Source: Dehalococcoidia bacterium
GTDB lineage: Bacteria; Chloroflexota; Dehalococcoidia; Lucifugimonadales; GCA-2712585
Length of the DNA stretch: 64,000 nucleotides
Reading direction: 5' to 3'
NCBI GenBank assembly: GCA_965261665.1
Contig: OZ253467.1
Coordinates: forward strand, 2,777,798-2,841,797
Each line of letters opens with the position of its first letter. Positions within the stretch are counted from its first letter, which is position 1. The notes under the pieces were generated by a model that saw nothing but the letters and a program-made list of their open reading frames with translations, was not told where the DNA came from and ran no database searches. The translations under genes were made by a program, and so were the position numbers. This document shows positions 18,482 through 27,030 of this stretch, one piece after another.

Positions 18482-19774
18482 TTGAAGAAGCAGGTAAGTC
18501 ACGTAATAAAGAGGCCCGGACTTAGAAACGGTGATCCATCCATTGAGATTCCGGTGGCCGAGGACCTCGTCACCACCCCCGGCATCCGCCAGAACCGGAA
18601 GGACGTGGACTTCTACTCCAGGTCCTACCCCCTGGAAAGCCAGAGCATCACCAACACGGCTGACTCTGAATGGGCGTGGACGGTCTATCCGGAAGAGGAG
18701 CAGGAGGGCCACCGGGAACACGTGCGCCTTTCCAAAGAGGTGGTGACTCTTTCCGGCGTGTATGGCGACATCGAGCCTACGGTTGAACCTGCGCCGGGCA
18801 AGGACGTTACGGAGGAGATCAAGACGAAGGCCCGTGAGCTTGGCTTCGGCGAGGTGGGGATGACCCGCTACGACCGCCGCTACACCTTCAAGTACAAGAA
18901 GCGATGGATTAGGTTCGAGCACGCCATCTGCATCGCCTTCGAGCAGGACTACGAGAGGACTCAGGCGATTCCGAGCATGTTCGCCGAGACGACCCACTTC
19001 GGCACCTACCGCACCATGAGCCAGGCAGGACTGCTTCTGGCTGACTACATCCGCACTCTGGGCTACCACGCCCAGGTACACAGCCCCGCCGACAACAGCG
19101 CCGCCTACATTCCCATGTTCGTGCAGGCAGGTCTGGGCCAGTTGGGGGCTAACGGTCAACTGCTTTCGCCCCATTTCGGCTCCCGCGCCCGCCTGATGAT
19201 AATCACGACGGATGCTATCGTGACCTACGACCAGCCTCTCGACTACGGCATCAACAAGTTTTGCGAAATCTGCCAGGTTTGCGTCAACCGGTGCCCTGGC
19301 CGCGCCCTCATTCGCGACAAGGTCTGGTGGCGGGGCGTACAGAAGCACAAGCTAGTCTACGACCGGTGCCGGCCCGTGATGGCCCGCTACACCGGCTGCG
19401 GCGTGTGCATGAAGGTTTGCCCCGTGCAGAAGTTCGGGATGAAGCCTGTCATGGAGCACTACGTGGAGACTGGGAAGGTGCTGGGCAAGGGCACCCACGA
19501 GTTGGAAGGGTACAGCGTTGAGGGTAAGGGGTACTTCGGACCCGGGGAGCTTCCCCACTTCAACCACGACTTCTTTGAGATACCCCACGGACGGTCGGAG
19601 GACGTGCTGTTCGAGGAGTTCAAGGCCAAGCTGAACAACCACGAGATACCGGACGGGCCTGCGGGGGACGAGGCGCTGCGGGAGTTCAAGAAGGAAGTGG
19701 CAGAGATAGTCGCCAAGCCCGTGGACGACGCTATGGCGCTGCTTCCGCAGAAGGAACAGACGGCCACCATGTAG
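18482..19774 (+). CDS. QueG/reductive-dehalogenase-superfamily Fe-S oxidoreductase (two 4Fe-4S motifs), no TAT signal
   Basis: AGLGQLGANGQLLSPHFGSRARL...CEICQVCVNRCP followed by C-x10-CGVCMKVCP. TTG 18482 sits 6 nt after AGGAG and downstream of the promoter candidate; the ORF track starts at GTG 18443. Confidence 0.6.
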   Translation: MKKQVSHVIKRPGLRNGDPSIEIPVAEDLVTTPGIRQNRKDVDFYSRSYPLESQSITNTADSEWAWTVYPEEEQEGHREHVRLSKEVVTLSGVYGDIEPTVEPAPGKDVTEEIKTKARELGFGEVGMTRYDRRYTFKYKKRWIRFEHAICIAFEQDYERTQAIPSMFAETTHFGTYRTMSQAGLLLADYIRTLGYHAQVHSPADNSAAYIPMFVQAGLGQLGANGQLLSPHFGSRARLMIITTDAIVTYDQPLDYGINKFCEICQVCVNRCPGRALIRDKVWWRGVQKHKLVYDRCRPVMARYTGCGVCMKVCPVQKFGMKPVMEHYVETGKVLGKGTHELEGYSVEGKGYFGPGELPHFNHDFFEIPHGRSEDVLFEEFKAKLNNHEIPDGPAGDEALREFKKEVAEIVAKPVDDAMALLPQKEQTATM

Positions 19775-19865
19775 CCTTGGGGCTGCACTGCGCTGCCAGC
19801 CGGGGCAAGCATAGCTTAACGCTAAGGCCTGACCGGGTTATGGCAGCCTAGTTGGGGTTGTCGGA

Positions 19866-20096
19866 CTACCAGCCAGGGGGCAGAGAGTCCCAGGTGTCCC
19901 TCAGCCAAGCCCAGGCCGGGGAATAGCGGATGGAGTTCATCTCTTCGTCGGAGAAGCCCCAACTCTCCAGCACTCCCGCCGGGTCGGCGGCCAAATCCTC
20001 ACGTAGCATCTCGTCGTTGGAGATGCGGTCTATGAAGTTGTTGAAGGCCCCTTCCAGGTTTTCCCTGGAGATTCCCTGACCTACGATTTCAGACAC
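19866..20096 (-). CDS. small acidic protein with Nif11-like N-terminal pattern and Trp-rich tail
   Basis: 76 aa. ENLEGAFNNFIDRISNDEMLREDLAADPAGVLESWGFSDEEM resembles the Nif11 helix pattern. The C-terminus is SPAWAWLRDTWDSLPPGW. Confidence 0.4.
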   Translation of the reverse strand: MSEIVGQGISRENLEGAFNNFIDRISNDEMLREDLAADPAGVLESWGFSDEEMNSIRYSPAWAWLRDTWDSLPPGW

Positions 20097-20275
20097 TTCA
20101 ACCCTCCTTGAAACCCATCGGGATGGGATTTTGCACCTGACGAATGAGCTACCGTTGATTGAATTTTATAGTAGCAACGGGTTAGGCGAGTAGTCAACGA
20201 TCGGGATAACCGTCCTTTTACTGTAGGCCAGGGATTTTCGAAGGAGAGTTAATCGCTTGCGTCCTACGAGGGCCG

Positions 20276-20758
20276 TTAAACAACCGGCGCACTCTGTTCC
20301 CTCGCACCAAGAGCACTTAGATATTCATAGGCTTCATCTGCAGTCTGATTGTTGATTGCCTTGTCTATATTGATATTTGTGCTATTGGCTATGGTAATTT
20401 TGATTTGCCGCAGCATATCAATTTGTGATTGTGACGCCCCATTGAACCACAATGCTTGAAGCTCTTGAGATAAATGACTGTATGCTGCTGCTGCTAGCCG
20501 CGCACTTGTGGCCTTGGCGGAAAATTCCCAAAACATGGTAGTTAGAACCAATGCGCCGACGAATAGAAATAGTAATCCTGCAACTATGGTGGGTATGTCG
20601 ACTACCATTAAAGGTATAGCCGCTGAGAGGAGGGACAATACTGTTGTGTACATGACCCAAGCATGGTACTTGCTGAATTTGCTAGATACTCGCCCAAAAT
20701 ACCGCATTAGTCGGTCAGCTTCGTAAAGTTCCTGCCAGATTTGGTCATTGACACTCAT
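20276..20758 (-). CDS. 2-TM membrane protein, SLATT-like architecture (tentative)
   Basis: 160 aa: an N-terminal helix, two adjacent TM helices (residues about 35-85), then a helical tail. The gene is visibly AT-richer than its neighbours. AAGGGG RBS. Confidence 0.5.
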   Translation of the reverse strand: MSVNDQIWQELYEADRLMRYFGRVSSKFSKYHAWVMYTTVLSLLSAAIPLMVVDIPTIVAGLLFLFVGALVLTTMFWEFSAKATSARLAAAAYSHLSQELQALWFNGASQSQIDMLRQIKITIANSTNINIDKAINNQTADEAYEYLSALGAREQSAPVV

Positions 20759-20801
20759 AGTAGCACCCCTTTAACACGGTGGACCATTTAACTATAGCAT
20801 A

Positions 20802-21044
20802 TCAACGCCTAGGAGGCCTTGAAGGCGGGGGAGGAGGTGGGCGTGGTGGTGGTGGATATCCCGAGGCGTCCCGGCGTTCGGGAGGCGGTTGTGGTCTTGG
20901 GCCAGGATTTGTCATATTAACAACCCCTGTTTCCTTATTTAAGTATGGCCCCGGAGTACCCTCTTGTAGATTCCGACGGTGAAGAAGGCAGTAGCTTCTT
21001 TGTGGCTCTATCTGTCTCCTATCAGCAACCCGAGTGTACACCAT
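20802..21044 (-). CDS. possible Pro-rich small ORF upstream of the 2-TM gene
   Basis: 80-aa ORF ending in PPPPRPPPPPPSRPPRR, 43 nt upstream of the 2-TM gene. It may be non-coding. Confidence 0.2.
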   Translation of the reverse strand: MVYTRVADRRQIEPQRSYCLLHRRNLQEGTPGPYLNKETGVVNMTNPGPRPQPPPERRDASGYPPPPRPPPPPPSRPPRR

Positions 21045-21625
21045 TATTCACTTATGCATGTTATCCCATTATACATTTCGCCTAGTCCCGGCCCTTTCAG
21101 AACGTCACCCATCCACTATTCCAACGTCCGGCACTGACATTCCCCGATTGCCGCAATTCCCCCCACCTGCTAACCTATTTCCATGAATAGCTCCGCCGCA
21201 TCTTCTCGCTTCCTTTTCAGACACAATTCGCCCGCTATGTGGGGGCCTCCATGCCTCAGCCTACGATTTGTTTCCACCAGGGGAAAAAACAAATCTACCC
21301 CCAAACAGCAATTAGATTCACGCCTGCTCTACCCGGAAAACCCCCTTTAACCCCCGTATTCGAAATTGTGATCGAATCAAAGCCACGCCTAGCAATCATG
21401 AAACGAGTCCTCCAAAACCGCTTCCTTTTCCAAAACGAATCGATTCTTACCACCCACCGGCCCTCTTCCTTCATCGCCTCAGTCCAATGTTATGCTCAAA
21501 AGCATCAATAGGCCCTGCACCGCAGTAGAGAACCCTTACGAGTGCGCTCCTCGCTCCAAGTTGACACCAAATGCCCACGCTATATCATGTCTAGGGAACT
21601 ATGTCCCCAAAACCGGAGGTGAAGG

Positions 21626-23269
21626 ATGCCCCAGATGACGACAGCGCAGGCGTTGGTGCGCTCCCTAGTGCGGGAGGGCGTGGAGGTGGTCTTTGGGCTG
21701 CCGGGCGTGCAGATAATGGACGTTTACGACGCCTTCTACCATGAGCCGGGCATCCGCCTCATTACCACCCGCCACGAGCAGACCGCCGCCTACATGGCCG
21801 ACGGCTACTCCCGCTCCACGGGCAAAATCGGGGCCGCCCTCGTGGTCCCCGGGCCGGGTCTGCTCAACGCCGCCGCCGGCATCGGCACTGCCTACGCTTC
21901 GTCGTCGCCAGTCCTGCTGCTGGCGGGCCAGGTGGAGAGCTACAACATCGGCAAGGGCGCCGGCGCTGTCCATGAGGTGGTGGACCAACTGGACGTGGTG
22001 AAGAACATCACCAAGTGGCGGTCGACTATTATGGAGCCGGGCGAAGCGCCGGAGGCCGTGCACGAAGCAATGAAGCAGCTGCAAACGGGTAGACCACGCC
22101 CGGTAGCCCTGGAGATTCCCTCCGACGTGCTGGCGCAGTCGTCAGACGTGGACCTGCTTGAGCCGGAAGTGTTCGCCAAAGAATCGCCGCCGCCTGACGC
22201 CATCGAGCAGGCCCTGAGCATTCTCAGCCGAGCCGAACGTCCTCTCATCTGGGCAGGGGGCGGAATAAACGCCGCCGCCGCCAACGAGGAACTAACCCGC
22301 CTGGCGGAAGCGCTAAACGCCGCCGTCATCGTCACCGCCGAAGGCAAGGGCGCAATTGCCGAGAATCACCCCAACTACGTAGGCCCCTACTACTACAGCC
22401 ACGGGCCGGGCCACCGGGTAGTGCCCCAGTGCGACGTTATACTTGCGGTGGGCACCCGTCTTCACTTCTTCAACCCCGTGTCGTGGAGCTTCAAGCCGGA
22501 GCAGCCCATCATCCACGTTGACGCCGATCCGGAGGAGTTGGGCAGGAACTGGCCGGAGGAGATCAGCATCTGCGCCGACGCCAAGCTAGCCCTCCAGGCC
22601 CTGCTGAACGGAATGGCGGGGCGGACAAACGCGAGCCGGTGGACAGCAGAGGAGATAGCCCAACAGCGGGCACGAGACTACGAGGACACGACGGCCAAAG
22701 CGCCCGACCAGGTCCGCATAATTGAGTCGATAAGAGCGGCGTTAGATGACGACGCCGTTCTCATAAGCGGCATTTCCAGCATCGGCTACTGGTGCCATCT
22801 GGCATTCCCAGTGCTGGCTCCCCGCTCATACGTGAACACATCCTATTTCGCCACCCTGGGGTATGCATTTCCCACCGGCCTGGGAGCAAAGGTGGGGAAC
22901 CCCCATCGGCAGGTGGTGGCCGTCACCGGCGACGGCGGGTTCATGTACGCACTGCCGGACCTGGCCACGGCGGTACAGGAGGGCATAAACACGGTGACGG
23001 TGGTGTTCAACGACGGCGCGTTGGGCGCTTCTCTCCGAGACCAGCAGGTACGATACAAGGGACGGGTGATAGGCACGCGCATGCAGAACCCAGACTTTGT
23101 CGAAACGGCGAGGGCCTTCGGGGCAGAAGGGCTCAGGCTCGAGCACTACGACCAGTTGGGGCCGGCCCTTGCCGACGCGCTGAAGCTGGACAAACCGGTT
23201 ATCATTGACTGTCCCATCGAAAGCTGGACGCCGCCATTCCAGGTTGCCCCTCCGGGGACCATCCAATAG
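21626..23269 (+). CDS. thiamine-pyrophosphate-dependent enzyme, acetolactate-synthase-like
   Basis: 547 aa with an N-terminal TPP-PYR domain (VFGLPGVQIMDVYDA...RHEQTAAYMADGY) and a C-terminal TPP-binding GDGGF...N motif (AVTGDGGFMYAL...VVFNDGALG). Confidence 0.85.
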   Translation: MPQMTTAQALVRSLVREGVEVVFGLPGVQIMDVYDAFYHEPGIRLITTRHEQTAAYMADGYSRSTGKIGAALVVPGPGLLNAAAGIGTAYASSSPVLLLAGQVESYNIGKGAGAVHEVVDQLDVVKNITKWRSTIMEPGEAPEAVHEAMKQLQTGRPRPVALEIPSDVLAQSSDVDLLEPEVFAKESPPPDAIEQALSILSRAERPLIWAGGGINAAAANEELTRLAEALNAAVIVTAEGKGAIAENHPNYVGPYYYSHGPGHRVVPQCDVILAVGTRLHFFNPVSWSFKPEQPIIHVDADPEELGRNWPEEISICADAKLALQALLNGMAGRTNASRWTAEEIAQQRARDYEDTTAKAPDQVRIIESIRAALDDDAVLISGISSIGYWCHLAFPVLAPRSYVNTSYFATLGYAFPTGLGAKVGNPHRQVVAVTGDGGFMYALPDLATAVQEGINTVTVVFNDGALGASLRDQQVRYKGRVIGTRMQNPDFVETARAFGAEGLRLEHYDQLGPALADALKLDKPVIIDCPIESWTPPFQVAPPGTIQ

Positions 23270-23378
23270 CCGCCTGCACTTAGCTTTGCCCTCTCGAGAT
23301 AGTCGCCACGGGAAGGCAGAGGGCAGGGTCCCCTTCGTCCCAACACACCGCGGATATTAGCGAAACTTAGGAGGATTC

Positions 23379-24215
23379 ATGCTGCCCTTCACCTCTAGGA
23401 GGAACGGAGTCGGAGTTGTGGAGATTTACGGGCCCATCGGAAGCGGGTCCCAGGTTGCCGAGCAGCTAAAGCTCCTCAACACGGCGCTTTTGAGTAAGCG
23501 AGTCCGCGCGCTGTTGCTGGACATAGACTCGCCGGGCGGCACCGTGGGAGGTTCGGAGGCCCTTTATTTTCTCTTGCAACGGGTGGCGAATAGGAAGCCG
23601 GTGGTGGCCTACATCCGGGGCGTGGGGGCTTCCGGTGCATACCTGATCAGCTGCCCGGCCGCAAAGATAATCAGCCTACCATCGGCGTTGGTGGGTTCCA
23701 TCGGAGTTCTTTACGTGCGCCCTGCCTTGCAGAACTTACTGGAGCGGTTTGGTATTGGGATCTCCGTCTACAAGGGCGGTCGTTTGAAGGACATGACGGG
23801 ATTCTGGCGTAGCCCCACGGACGAGGAGGACGAAAAGTTCGAGTCACTGATTTCGGAGGTCCACCAGTCCTTCATTCGCTGTGTAGCAAAGGGCCGAAAT
23901 CTGGACGTGGAAAAGGTTAGCGAATTGGCCACGGGTGAAGTGTTTACAGGTATGCGGGCGGAAAAGCTGGGGCTGGTGGACGAGATTGGAGACTTTCACC
24001 ACGCCCTACAGGTGGCGGCGGACTTGGGGGGCGTCCGGCCAAATCCGCTGTGGATTCGTCCTCGACGGGGTCTGCTGGAGCGGTTCGCCGGACGGTTTGG
24101 TCGGGGAATGGCCGCTGGACTGATGTCGGGCGTCAAGCAGGAACTACCCGCCGGCTTGTATTACGGTAATCCAGGGTTGGACGGAGGGCAATGGGGGGAT
24201 CAGGAGGGCCGTTAA
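23379..24215 (+). CDS. sppA: signal peptide peptidase SppA, 36K type (S49)
   Basis: LLDIDSPGGTVGGSEAL and GVGASGAYLISCPA (Ser nucleophile region) typical of S49 peptidases. Confidence 0.85.
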   Translation: MLPFTSRRNGVGVVEIYGPIGSGSQVAEQLKLLNTALLSKRVRALLLDIDSPGGTVGGSEALYFLLQRVANRKPVVAYIRGVGASGAYLISCPAAKIISLPSALVGSIGVLYVRPALQNLLERFGIGISVYKGGRLKDMTGFWRSPTDEEDEKFESLISEVHQSFIRCVAKGRNLDVEKVSELATGEVFTGMRAEKLGLVDEIGDFHHALQVAADLGGVRPNPLWIRPRRGLLERFAGRFGRGMAAGLMSGVKQELPAGLYYGNPGLDGGQWGDQEGR

Positions 24216-25009
24216 CCAACGAGGGCCTTTGCCTCCTGCCACAACGCTTCCTTATCGTCCATTGACATTCCGGTGAAGTTGACGCCGCGCTCTCTGGCCA
24301 GCTGTTCCATGGTGAGATAGCGCTTTTTGAACTTCCGGTTTGCCTGTCTCAGGGCATCCTCTGCGTGAATGCCCTGCCATCGGGCAAGGTTCACGAGGGC
24401 GAAGAGCAGGTCTCCGATTTCGTCGGCCTTCTGCTCCGCTCCCTGGGCTGTGACCACCTCTCGGGCTTCCTCGGCAATCTTGGCGAGGACCCCGTCCACG
24501 TCGTCCCAATCGAAGCCGACGCGGGACGCCCGTTCCTGCATCAGCTGAGCGTAAGCGAGGGAGGGAGTCTCCGAAGGAATGCCCTCTACTGCGGAGCGTC
24601 TGCGGCCTTCAGCCTGCTTGATCATCTCCCAGTTGCGCTCCACTTCGCGAGCGTCGGCCACTTTGGTGTCGCCGAAAACGTGGGGATGACGCCGCACTAG
24701 CTTATCGGCGCTCTGATTCATCACTTCTGCGAGGGTGAAATGACCGGTCTTGCGGGCGATGTCGGCGTGAAAGAGCACCTGCAGAAGCACGTCGCCCATC
24801 TCCTCGGAAAGCTCTTTCGGGTCCTGGGAGTCGATGGCCTCCAGCGCCTCGTAGCACTCCTCCAACAGGTTGCGCTTTAGGCTGAGGTGGGTCTGCTCCA
24901 GGTCCCAGGGGCAGCCGCCCGGTGAGCGCAGGCGGTCTACGATACGGACCAACGCTTCGAAAGCGGTGACTTCGCTGGAGTAGTCCGGTACGGAGGATTG
25001 GCTCTTCAT
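24212..25009 (-). CDS. mazG: nucleoside triphosphate pyrophosphohydrolase MazG
   Basis: Tandem MazG domains (CPWDLEQTHLSLKRNLLEECYEALEAI; GDLLFALVNLARW). ATG at 25009 gives 265 aa; the longer ORF to 25219 would overlap the divergent gene. Confidence 0.85.
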   Translation of the reverse strand: MKSQSSVPDYSSEVTAFEALVRIVDRLRSPGGCPWDLEQTHLSLKRNLLEECYEALEAIDSQDPKELSEEMGDVLLQVLFHADIARKTGHFTLAEVMNQSADKLVRRHPHVFGDTKVADAREVERNWEMIKQAEGRRRSAVEGIPSETPSLAYAQLMQERASRVGFDWDDVDGVLAKIAEEAREVVTAQGAEQKADEIGDLLFALVNLARWQGIHAEDALRQANRKFKKRYLTMEQLARERGVNFTGMSMDDKEALWQEAKALVG

Positions 25010-25034
25010 GGGGCGATTATAGGCGGCGGCTTCG

Positions 25035-25805
25035 TTGAATGACAAGATGGGGAATGATACCTTAGGTTCCATGAAATCCCCTATGGTCGGAAAAATTGTG
25101 GCGGCCCTTTTCGTTGCCGCCGTGCCTGTTCTTCTGATCGTCTCCAGCGTCGCTTGGGCCGTCAATGACCTGGGTTTGTACGCCCGCGGCTTTGATAAGT
25201 ACGATATTCCAGCGGTCACGGGAATCGAACGGGATGACCTGATTCAGGCGGGGCGGGAAATTCAGGGTTACTTTAATTCGACGCGCGAACCTCTGGATGT
25301 TCGCGCCAGAGTTCACGGGCGGGAGCGGGTGTTGTTCAACTACCGTGAGGTTGCACACATGGCTGACGTGAAGGACCTCATCTGGGTTGTCTACGGGGCC
25401 GGCGCGTTGGCGTTCCTGTTTATGGCTGGGGTAGGGGTGGCAGGGTTTGTGCGAAGGGGGCGAGCATTCACTTCCACCTTATGCCGGCGGATTCTGTGGG
25501 GCTCGGAGGCAACCGTTGCGCTGGTTGCGGTGGTCGGACTAATCTCTCTGGTGGCCTTCGACCAGCTTTTCCTGCTTTTCCATCAGGTAAGCTTTGCCAA
25601 CGATTTCTGGCAGCTGGACCCGCGGCGGGACTTTCTCGTTATGATGTTTCCAGAGGGGTTCTGGCTGGACGCCACCTTTTTTGTAGCGTACCTGACGCTT
25701 GGCGGGGCTGCATTGTTGGCTGTTACGTCGGGGGGATACATGGTGTTTCAAAAGCCGGAGATGCGGCAGAAGCTAGTGAGCTTACTGAGAAGGCGGAAGG
25801 TATGA
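25035..25805 (+). CDS. TIGR01906/DUF1461-like integral membrane protein
   Basis: An N-terminal TM helix, a luminal region with a YFNS...FNYREVAHMADVK pattern, then 3-4 C-terminal TM helices. The start is uncertain (TTG 25035, ATG 25047 or 25071). Confidence 0.6.
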   Translation: MNDKMGNDTLGSMKSPMVGKIVAALFVAAVPVLLIVSSVAWAVNDLGLYARGFDKYDIPAVTGIERDDLIQAGREIQGYFNSTREPLDVRARVHGRERVLFNYREVAHMADVKDLIWVVYGAGALAFLFMAGVGVAGFVRRGRAFTSTLCRRILWGSEATVALVAVVGLISLVAFDQLFLLFHQVSFANDFWQLDPRRDFLVMMFPEGFWLDATFFVAYLTLGGAALLAVTSGGYMVFQKPEMRQKLVSLLRRRKV

Positions 25806-25899
25806 TTCCCTGCAGGCACAATCAAGTGCCTCTCGCCCTTGTGGGAGCGGTCTTTAGCATGAGGGGGAAACCGGCTAGGGGCAGTATATAAGCCCGAAA

Positions 25900-26130
25900 C
25901 TAGTGGGCCGCGCTGCACGCACAGGTGCCGCCGGCGCATCCGCCACAGCCACCCATCCCCGCAACGGGCTCTGCAAAGTCGCCGTCGGTGGACACGAATG
26001 CGGAGAAGAGGGATAGGGCCTTCTTGGAAGGCAGTCCGCAATCGGGGCATTCGGCGTGGGAAGTCCCCGTCGGTTGCAGCCGGTCGAACCGGACTTTGCA
26101 CTGGGGGCAGACGTACTCATATATGGGCAT
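25900..26130 (-). CDS. FmdB-family zinc-ribbon protein
   Basis: MPIYEYVCPQCKVRFD...ECPDCG CxxC-x-CxxC ribbon and a Cys/Gly-rich tail. Confidence 0.8.
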   Translation of the reverse strand: MPIYEYVCPQCKVRFDRLQPTGTSHAECPDCGLPSKKALSLFSAFVSTDGDFAEPVAGMGGCGGCAGGTCACSAAH

Positions 26131-26208
26131 CAGCTAATCCTCAATGGTTGGTTAAACGTCAAACCTAAGATACGCCACGTCCGCTTTTAGGTCAAAGGGC
26201 TTTGTTCT

Positions 26209-27021
26209 TTATGACTGGCAGTTGGGGCAAAGATACGTGCCTCGGCCTCTAACTATCAGCCGTTGGACGGGCTGGCTGCACTTTGTGCAGGGTGCGCCCG
26301 CTTTTCTGAGCACCTTGAGGGTTCCCAGACCTTCAGCCGACTCTGTTGGCGGGCCACCCTTCGACACTATGTTTGCGAGCCTATCTATTGCCTGCGTGAG
26401 GATTTCAACGGTTGCTCGGTGCACCAGCGCGCCCTGCTTGGGAGTCAAATCTCCTCCCGGCGTTAGCGGGTAAACGGCGGCGTCGAAGAGAATCTCGTCG
26501 GCATAGATGTTGCCGATGCCGGCAATCACCGACTGCTCGCAAAGCAGGGCTTTGATGGGCGCCTTCCGGCGTTCCAGCCGCTGCATGAGAACGTCGGGAG
26601 TGAAGGAAGCGTCCAGCGGTTCCGGTCCTAGACCTTTGACGATGGTGGCCTCGTCGCCAACCAGCTGCACGGTGCCCAGCTTTCGTGGGTCGACGAATAG
26701 AAGGTGCCAGTCGTCGTCCAGAGGGAAGAAGTTACGCGTCATGGGATGCCGGGGAGTGGAGCCGTGCTCCAAGAGCAGCGAACCGGTCATTCGCATGTGG
26801 AACATCAGGCTTTGGCCGTCGTCCAGCCTCAGTATGAGGTACTTGCCCCGCCTTCCAACATCTTGGACGTTCTTATGGAGGATGCCCAAGACCAAGTCTT
26901 CCAGGGATGAACCCCGAACGGCCCGCGGCCAATCCAGGACGGCGCCGGTGAACTTTCGTCCCACCAGCCCGCGACCCAGCAGATAGCGGCGCATGGCCTC
27001 TACGTCCGGCAGTTCAGGCAT
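26209..27021 (-). CDS. mutM: formamidopyrimidine-DNA glycosylase
   Basis: MPELPDVE catalytic N-terminus, an H2TH region, and a C-terminal zinc finger CTKC...CPNC. Confidence 0.9.
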   Translation of the reverse strand: MPELPDVEAMRRYLLGRGLVGRKFTGAVLDWPRAVRGSSLEDLVLGILHKNVQDVGRRGKYLILRLDDGQSLMFHMRMTGSLLLEHGSTPRHPMTRNFFPLDDDWHLLFVDPRKLGTVQLVGDEATIVKGLGPEPLDASFTPDVLMQRLERRKAPIKALLCEQSVIAGIGNIYADEILFDAAVYPLTPGGDLTPKQGALVHRATVEILTQAIDRLANIVSKGGPPTESAEGLGTLKVLRKAGAPCTKCSQPVQRLIVRGRGTYLCPNCQS

Positions 27022-27030
27022 AGGTCCATT

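Noticed and set aside
21239-21511. 90-aa plus-strand ORF, and the 4198-4434 ORF, lying in non-coding gaps.
   Set aside because: No RBS, odd composition and no family features. They are left unannotated.
21561-21588. Promoter candidate TTGACACCAA... upstream of the TPP enzyme gene. Its -35 context (TTGACACC) is also seen at 11430.
   Set aside because: The -10 element is ambiguous (TATCAT at 16 nt or TATATC at 14 nt), and the shared motif is too short to call a regulon.
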